64,000 nt of DNA from Eledone cirrhosa (taxonomy: Eukaryota): positions 35,960,001 through 36,024,000 of the forward strand of contig OZ024743.1 in the NCBI GenBank assembly GCA_964016885.1, given 5' to 3'. The translations under genes and the position numbers were made by a program. The notes under the pieces are model-generated. The model did not search any database. It had not been told where the DNA came from and was given only the letters and a program-made list of their open reading frames with translations. Numbering within the stretch: position 1 is the stretch's first letter; the number at the start of each line of letters is the position of its first letter. Below, in pieces: positions 56,096 through 64,000 of the stretch.

Positions 56096-56451
56096 GGTGG
56101 ATGGGTGCTACACGAGAATGCTGAGGATGGCTCTAAACATTAATCAGTATACACTGATGATGAAGAACTCAGGGCTGTACGGGAGCCTCCCAAAAGTCAG
56201 CTCGTGAGTAGCACAGAAGAGACTGAGATTAGCTGGACATGCTGACCGACATCCAGAGTTGACACTGCACTCAGTGCCCCTGTGGGAGCCCCTACATGGA
56301 CACACTGGAAGAGGAAGACCGAGGTTAACATATGTTGATGCCTAAGGACAGACACTGGTCTCTTGGAGACGCAGGACATGGCAGCGATAATGAGGGACAG
56401 AGACCGCTGGAGAGAACTCATCCATGGATCTCGGGAATTTTACCCGCACTA

Positions 56452-56454
<3 letters not shown>
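56094..56454 (+). mobile_element. RTE LINE 3' fragment, same family as 3135-3482
   Basis: [19 protein letters not shown]...RRLRLAGH...GRGRPRLTYVD...AIMRDRDRWR; flanked by (TA)n. Confidence 0.85.
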
Positions 56455-56482
<28 letters not shown>

Positions 56483-56554
56483 TTCAAAATGTAGAAGCCC
56501 CAGACGCAGAAAATGCTTTAACCACAGTCGATCGCTATAAATAATAGCTTCGAA

Positions 56555-56739
56555 CAGGGTTTCCCAAACGTTTGCAAACGCAGAACCATTTTTGGTTGAG
56601 AAACGTTTGGGGGGACGCCAAAGTCTAATACTGTTATATGGTCGTAATATAAATATACTCCTCTACTTTTTCTCACGGAACCCCACGGAATCCTTCGCAG
56701 GACCCTTGGGTTCCGCGCAACCCACTTTGCGAACCACTG
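56555..56739. mobile_element. hAT-superfamily MITE with exact 8-bp TSD
   Basis: GCTTCGAA (56547-56554)-CAGGGTTTCCCAAA...TTTGCGAACCACTG-GCTTCGAA (56740-56747). Confidence 0.9.
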
Positions 56740-57346
56740 GCTTCGAAATACCTCTAGTGACGGCAAAATGTGGCCAGCTGTAGCGGCCATTGGCCACATT
56801 TTGTTAAAGTTATTAGGATTGCTAGATATTCAGAAATTTCAATACACCCAGCTCCTCGACAATTTCTAAAAACTTTCTTTACATCTGATGTTGTTCAGGA
56901 TAACTACCTCAACTTGACGGAATCTATACACGATTTTTCCCGCCTCTATGGGTATTTTACCAGATCTTCTAAGCTATCAATTACAGCCCGCGCGCGCACA
57001 CACACAAACACATATATATATATATTTTTTTACATATATATATATATTATTATATATATATATATATTGCATATATATATATTACATATATATATATACA
57101 TACTACATATATATATATATCATATATATTACATATATATATATATTACATACATATTACATATATATATATATTACATATATATATATATTACATATAT
57201 ACATATATATATATATATACGTATATGAAATTTGAAATGTATTCCTTCCAATGCCTCAGTCCACTTTTCCATCTTCAGGCGTAATTTACTTGATTTTCTC
57301 AACTTTATAGTGATCAATTATTGTTATTGTCATTTGCATTGGGACG

Positions 57347-57443
<97 letters not shown>

Positions 57444-57553
57444 ACACACACACACATACACACACATACACACTCATGTATATATATATATGATGATTTC
57501 TCCCGAATGAAACAGTTCTAGTCCTTTTCTATATTAAATATATATATATATAT

Positions 57554-57880
57554 AACGAAGGAATTGTGGTAAGGAACCAGATGGACCATAACGCACCAGA
57601 GTACTCAATACTTAGGGTAGTAGAGTGGGTAATAGGAAAAGGTATGGCCCCGACGGCAGAGCTCAAGCCGTTTCGACGTCTATTTCTGGACTAAATTAGA
57701 ATTTTTAGCCTTTTTTATTTTTATTTTTTTTTATTTTGACCAATCCTCTTGACAACTACAATCTTCCCATATAAGGAAGTACCCATTGACAAGTTCGGGT
57801 ATTTATTTACCAGGCTAAAAATTCTAATTTAGTCCAGAAATAGCCGTCGAAACGGCTTGAGCTCTGCCGTCGGGGTCATA
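57554..57880. mobile_element. Family G element as an inverted pair; other copies at 33944-34001, 51834-51960, 58795-58845
   Basis: Shared tagccgtcGAAACGGCttgagctc.GCCGTCggggtc motif and tail; 57645-57702 is inverted relative to 57813-57877. Confidence 0.7.
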
Positions 57881-57907
57881 TATTTTCGTACACACACACG
57901 CACACAT

Positions 57908-57969
<62 letters not shown>

Positions 57970-58024
57970 GGTGTGGGATGCTTAAAGCGTCCGTAAGCGG
58001 TAGGCCATTTGAGCACTCGATGCT

Positions 58025-58120
<96 letters not shown>

Positions 58121-58541
58121 ATGCATGCTATGTATGCTTTGAAAATATTTCGCTGTATTATATGTTCTTGTCCATATTTCTAACGAAAAACATTTTATCT
58201 GAATTTTTTACTGAAAGATTTGGAAGTACATACTAACTATTTCATTATTACGATAGTATTTGTAACATAACTTAAGAAAATGTAATTGTTGGGATATTTA
58301 ATTTAAATAGGAACCCTTTAAAATACATTTTTTTATCATTGAAACAGAAGTGGGTTTTTTTTGGCTAAAAAAAAAAGAGTAAAAAGTTCAAAATAAAAAC
58401 TGAAAGTTACAAGACTTACTTTACTGTTTATGAATTCGAACTTTGAAGAACTACCAGATTTCCATTTGCAATAGTGTAGTGTATCATTCTAAAAATAAAT
58501 AGAATAAATAAATAAATAAATAAATATATATAAAGGTGTGT

Positions 58542-58586
<45 letters not shown>

Positions 58587-58717
58587 TAGCAACCAACCGT
58601 GAGATATATACAATAAATATGACTCTACCACAAGTATAAATTCACATCAGTAAATGTAGTTTATATATCGATAACTCTACAATTCAACATTAATCTCTCT
58701 TTCACTCCCTCTCCCTC

Positions 58718-58771
<54 letters not shown>

Positions 58772-59004
58772 GAGAGAGAGAGAGAGAGAGAGACATCGAA
58801 ACGGCCGGAGCTCAGCCGTCGGCGTCCTGACTCTTTTCCTATATATATGTATATATAACCAAAGATTAGTATGGTTCGTTGATTACTCAACGAATACAAT
58901 TTTAGAATAGATTAGAAGCACTCAACAGTGAAATTTTCCTGGAGTTTTTAATATTATTCGAAATGTTAACAAATGAAAAATATTCTCATAATCAAAATAT
59001 ATAC

Positions 59005-59064
59005 TTTATTATATATATTTCAAAGGTACTGTGTTGTTTTTTCAGTACGTCCTCATCAGACAAA
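59005..59064 (-). ncRNA. Minimal type I hammerhead ribozyme, family B
   Basis: tttgt-CTGATGA-ggacgtactg..cagtaccttt-GAAA-tatata-TA-ataaa. Confidence 0.75.
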
Positions 59065-59144
59065 ATATATGATTTGATATATGACATACCGCTACGGTCT
59101 TGATTATTCAATTCCAGTATTGACTGCCAATACTAATCTTTGGT

Positions 59145-59178
<34 letters not shown>

Positions 59179-60371
59179 AAAGAATAACCATAAATATGAA
59201 AATATAAAAGTGATGTGGAGGGTATACCCACTCATAATCTCTAACAATACTAAATGGCTGTTCCAGTTAGAAACTCTGTAAAATATAGACGTAAATGACC
59301 AGACAAAGGGAAGAAAGTTTACACATCAGAGGAAATCTGTTGCCCAGAAGATGTTAACGTAATTTTAAACAAAAGATAAGACTACATATATGGAGAACTA
59401 ATAAAAAATCTGCGGATATATTTATATATATCCCTGTAATTATTGGGAGGTGGGTTGTCATTGTCGTTAGAGCATCGGATTAAATGTTCCGATGTTTGTT
59501 CCGACTCACTGCACTCAAATCATAAAGAACTCTTCCTTGCCTTTCATTCTTTCGGGTTCGAGTGATAAAGCGTCAATGAAGTAGTGGAGTCGATCCCCCC
59601 CCTCTCTCTCTCTCCCACTCTCTCTCTCGCTCTCTCAACCAGTTCTACCCATTGATGAACCATAAAACATAATCGTTTGACAGACCCTAACAATATGCAA
59701 CAATCACCGCTGTTTCGGATATTTAGTGAGATATTGATTAAATGTGGGAAACTATTATATATTTAAGTCACTTATACACATTTATATAAAACTGTGATCC
59801 TTTAAAGTTATTTAACGTACAGAGATCTGCGCCATAAGTAGCCACTGCTCAAATAGATGTACAGGCTGACAGACAGCAGCTATTGAATGACGCATGAGGC
59901 AATTGACTAACTATAATTTATATGTTGTATATCAATTTTACTATCGTTTTCACTCTCCTCAAGCAACAGTTGTTTACCAAGTAACAAAATATGTGAAGTT
60001 GAAAGGTATACAACGGTGAAAGTATTTTGAAAAGGATTAAAATAATGAACCAAAGAAAAAAAATAGAGAAAAGGGGGCGGAGAAAAAATTAAGTAATGTA
60101 AAAAAGGTGAAGAGAGATGGGAAGGGTCAAATTCTACACCTTTGACTAGGAAGTATAACTGAACCGCAGCATGCGTGTCCAAGATGGCGATAGCAGCGAG
60201 TGACACTTGCTGCACCAGCCTTTCAACTTCACATCATATGGCTTTCGCTTGCATAGGGTGCTAAATCCCCAGGCGTTGGCCCTGTTAAATCTGTTCCCAC
60301 CTATTGTTCTGTAATATCCAACTGGCTATCACAGCAGGTCAATTCAACAACCACCTAATCCCCTTGCTTGT

Positions 60372-60700
60372 TAGGTTGTAAGCCGCAGCCTGGTGCAGTC
60401 TGCGACTAACCCAGGTTCTGCTGCACGTCGGGCTAAGGAGGCCAAGCTCTCCAAATACCGGTCGCTCTCCGACAGGTTTGCGGTTGTACCCCTGGCAGTG
60501 GAGACTTCTGCTGTCTTCGGCCCTAGGGCTACCCCCCTACTCACCACCATAGGTGCTGAGCTGGTCAGCCGCAGGTGTGAGCCTCGCGAGTTGGAATGGC
60601 TCTTCCAGCGCGTCTCCCTTGTCGTCCTCCGGGGAAACGCCTTCTCCATTCTGTCCGCCGGGGCCGTGGGGAGGCCATCAATATGATTGACTGACTTGAC
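60372..60700 (+). mobile_element. 3' fragment of a CRE-like non-LTR retrotransposon (restriction-like endonuclease C-terminus)
   Basis: GC-rich ORF: GSAARRAKEAKLSKY..F..VPLAVETSAVFG...LFQRVSLVVLRGNAFSIL, matching the K..KY / P.A.ET / QR.S....RGNA pattern of REL-type elements. Confidence 0.75.
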
Positions 60701-61239
60701 ATAGAGTAGAAACAGAAGACATTGGTCAGTTCGTCACACACATCTCAGTCATACATTCACAAAACCAACATTACTCATGTGTCATTAAACCAATTCGTTA
60801 TCATATAATGAAAAACGTGGCCGATGATGTTCAGTTAATTTTGAAAATAATCAATAATTTGAAGAAACTTTGGAAAATACTTAACTTTGAAATAATTCAG
60901 CAAATGTTCGGAAAATAAAAATATTCTTACATAAATTTATGATAGAAAATTGTGATAGAATAAATACAAACATTTTACAACAGAGTGTTTTGTATTGTAG
61001 AAACGGGGGCGGTTTCAGGGAGTTTAGTATGAAAAGGGTTAATGGGCTATACGTTGTGTCACGCAGATTCTAACTGAAAATTACGTTGAAAGTGTTCAAG
61101 TGTGTGTGGAATACTCAACCACTGACTATTTTGATATATGAGCAGGTAGTTCACTTGAACAAACAACTGGAATGCACATCATTGAAACTGACAGAAGTTC
61201 ATTTACTTTATATGCATATATAAATATTTATCTCTCCCC

Positions 61240-61327
<88 letters not shown>

Positions 61328-61700
61328 AGCAAGTGTATGTATGTGCCTGTGTTTGTACATATACATATATATGTATTTATTTATTTATTATATATATATT
61401 ATATATTATTTATATTATACATATGTGTGTGTGTGTGTGTGCGTGCGTGCGTATGTGTGTGGGTGGGTGGGTGCGTGCGTGTGTGTGTGTGTACGTATAT
61501 ATACATATATCCAAAATACCACACACGCTATAATGTCTTTGTTTTTGTGGAAACGATTCACCGTTTTGAAAGAATTCATACTTTTCTACACAACCCAACC
61601 AGTTTTACTGTCATATACTCTGACTCTTTCATTTATCCTTTCTTTCAACCCCCCCCTCTCTAAACTGTATTAGAGACAGTTAACTTTGTAGAGTTATATA

Positions 61701-61729
<29 letters not shown>

Positions 61730-61734
<5 letters not shown>

Positions 61735-61908
61735 AGTTAATATAAATTAATATATTTGATAAACACAAATACCAACATATCCATGTTTGTATTGTAAACG
61801 ACTAACTTAGCTAGATTGAAAATCTAGCTAACTTAGTCGTTTACAATACAAACATGGATATGTTGGTATTTGTGTTTATCAAATATATTAATTTATATTA
61901 ACTTGTAT
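61730..61908. repeat. Near-perfect 88-bp-arm palindrome (3-nt loop, one mismatch) at the end of a repeat also found at 18405-18610 and 48112-48280
   Basis: 61730-61817 against 61821-61908; adjacent 61905-61980 is the reverse complement of about 48115-48190. Confidence 0.9.
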
Positions 61909-61987
61909 TACACGGCTCAGAAATACTTCTTTCTTTGAGCTATTTCATTGTAAAGGACTGCCTGAGTTTTGAACTCATTATTAATAG

Positions 61988-62018
<31 letters not shown>

Positions 62019-62363
62019 TGAAACAAAATGAAAACGAAATTTCATTTCTCACTCTTAGTATGGCACTTACTTAAATGTAAGTATGCATGTATACGTACAT
62101 ACATATATGTATACAGACGTACAGTAGCATGCACATATATATATATATATACATATATACATACATATGCATACAGGTACACATACATATATGCACGTAT
62201 CAGTTTAGCGGCGCTAACGTCGCTTTGTTCGTTTGTAAACAAACTGAACAGCCTGAATTTATGCCATACGGTGTTAAGGCAACCACGTCACCTTTTTGTT
62301 CAACACTGACACATGCTACTGTACGTCTGTATACATATATGTATGTACGTATACATGCATACT

Positions 62364-62390
<27 letters not shown>

Positions 62391-62394
<4 letters not shown>

Positions 62395-62572
62395 TCTACC
62401 TTTGGCACAAGGCCAGCAATTACCCAGTTCATTACTGGTACTTTATTTTATCGACCCCGTAAGGATGAAAGGCAAAGTTAACCTCGGCGGGATTTGAACT
62501 TAGACTGTAAAGGGACGTAACTATGCTGGAAAGAATGGTGTCCAACCTTCTACCGATACTGCCAATCCACCG
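62391..62572 (-). mobile_element. Major-family SINE
   Basis: Matches consensus. Confidence 0.85.
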
Positions 62573-63027
62573 TTATATATTAATATATAACTCTACAAAA
62601 TTAACTGTCTTTAATATATATATAGAGATATATATATATATATCTATCTCTACATCTGTCTATCTATTTTAATATCGATTTCTTTCTCACACTATAAATA
62701 ACACAAGTAATATAAATGATTTCTAACATAGTATTAAGCCTGGTATTTTGAGGAGGTGGCGTATATTGGACGATTAAATCAAGTGGCGAATTATTTAATC
62801 AAACCTAGTATTTAATGATGGTGGGATTTAGATTTAGAACGTAGGTACACAGAAATATTCTACCGCCATAATAGTCATATCAATCATCATTTCTAAGATA
62901 AGCACAAGGCCATAAATTCGGTTCTAGGGGTTAGTCGACTATATCAAACTCAGTACCTGACTGTTACTTTATTTTATGAAACCCAGGCCTAAGGATGAAA
63001 GACGTAGTTGACCTTGACCGGACTTAA

Positions 63028-63260
63028 CCCTTTAGCATTTAAACCGGCCATATCCGGCCAGAATACACTCACTTCTTTCTGTTCAAACCGGCTGTAACCG
63101 GTCACTCATACTGTTATTAAGGTATTGTTCTTAACATAAATAATATCATAATCTCACAGATTCAATATCATGTGTGATAATTATATAAGGGAAAGCCTTT
63201 ACCATGAAAATATAAGAGTAAATATAATAGTATATATAGAGTAATGTAAATGCAAAAGGG
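63028..63260. mobile_element. piggyBac-type MITE inserted in an older SINE
   Basis: TTAA-CCCTTTAGCATTTA...TAAATGCAAAAGGG-TTAA; the flanks rejoin as SINE gaccttgaccggac|ttaa|actcagaatgtaaaggg. Confidence 0.85.
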
Positions 63261-64000
63261 TTAAACTCAGAATGTAAAGGGCTCTACCCAAAAAGTATCT
63301 TGTGTGACGTTCTAACGATTAATACCATGACCACCACCACCACCACTACCACCACCAACAACAACAAGAACAGCAATATCAACAACAACGATGATTGACG
63401 ATGATGATGATGATGATGATGGTGGTGACTATGTTAAATAATATTGTTGAAATTTCATATTTTTGTAGCAAGGTGTAAACAATGGAATTTATCCCAGCAC
63501 TTTTATTTCTTTTTCTGACACACTGAATCATCTTTATAACGATGTCAATTTACAGAGGTCGTAGATGCTAGCGGAAAGCTTCTTCGTGGTTACTTGATGA
63601 TATAGTCCATGGTTCCCTGCATATAGTAAAGAGACGGTATGTCCATGGAAAAATATCTTTGATCATAGCTCCATTGGATAAAGAGTGAGCGGAGAGGGGC
63701 TAAGTAAGAATATGTACCATCGCTCTTTTAATAAAAAGGATTCTTAGTATTGCTACACGGCCAAACAGTTTAGATGTAGGGTGTCGTTTAATAAAGCCAA
63801 AGTTATTGTAATTTTGACGCAGGGTAAGAAGTTCGCTTCACAGTCATGATGTGATGGGTTCGATTCCACTGCATGGTATCTCGGACAGGTGTCTTTACCT
63901 TAGCCTCGTGTCACATTGGGAGTGAAGCTGAGAAGACGGAAACTGTGTCGATGCCTTTCGTATGGATTGTCATATCACGCGACATGCCATTTTGCATCAC

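Noticed and set aside
52601-61042. Single 8.4-kb piggyBac element bounded by TTAACCCTTT...AAAGGGTTAA
   Set aside because: Both ends continue into similar subterminal sequence and look like the same end of two opposite-facing MITEs; no transposase lies between them.
61730-61908. microRNA precursor
   Set aside because: Too long, too perfect and AT-rich, and contiguous with an interspersed repeat; treated as an element fold-back.

Overview
AT-rich, microsatellite-saturated eukaryotic DNA, intronic or intergenic. The repeat content looks like an octopod/cephalopod genome (inference). No host protein-coding gene can be supported; almost all ORF-track entries are translations of (TA)n/(CA)n/(GA)n/(GGT)n tracts. 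Protein-coding sequence is transposon-derived: (1) the 5' part of a CR1/Jockey-group LINE on the minus strand, with two CCCH zinc fingers in ORF1 and a stop-free 479-codon AP-endonuclease ORF2 that runs off the window start, joined by a U-UUU-UUA slippery heptamer; (2) RTE, Tx1/L1-like, CRE-like and Tc1/mariner relics. There are about 25 copies or pieces of a tRNA-derived SINE, other SINE families, and hAT and piggyBac MITEs. The most striking signal is a set of short non-coding elements, mostly embedded in (TA)n tracts, from at least six families. They carry minimal type I hammerhead ribozyme motifs (CUGANGA-stem II-GAAA-stem III-UH), often beside long fold-back palindromes, which is consistent with Penelope-like pseudo-LTRs or retrozymes. 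Also present: a nine-core repeat/microsatellite-spacer array, compound minisatellites, a local ancient duplication and one exon-like island.
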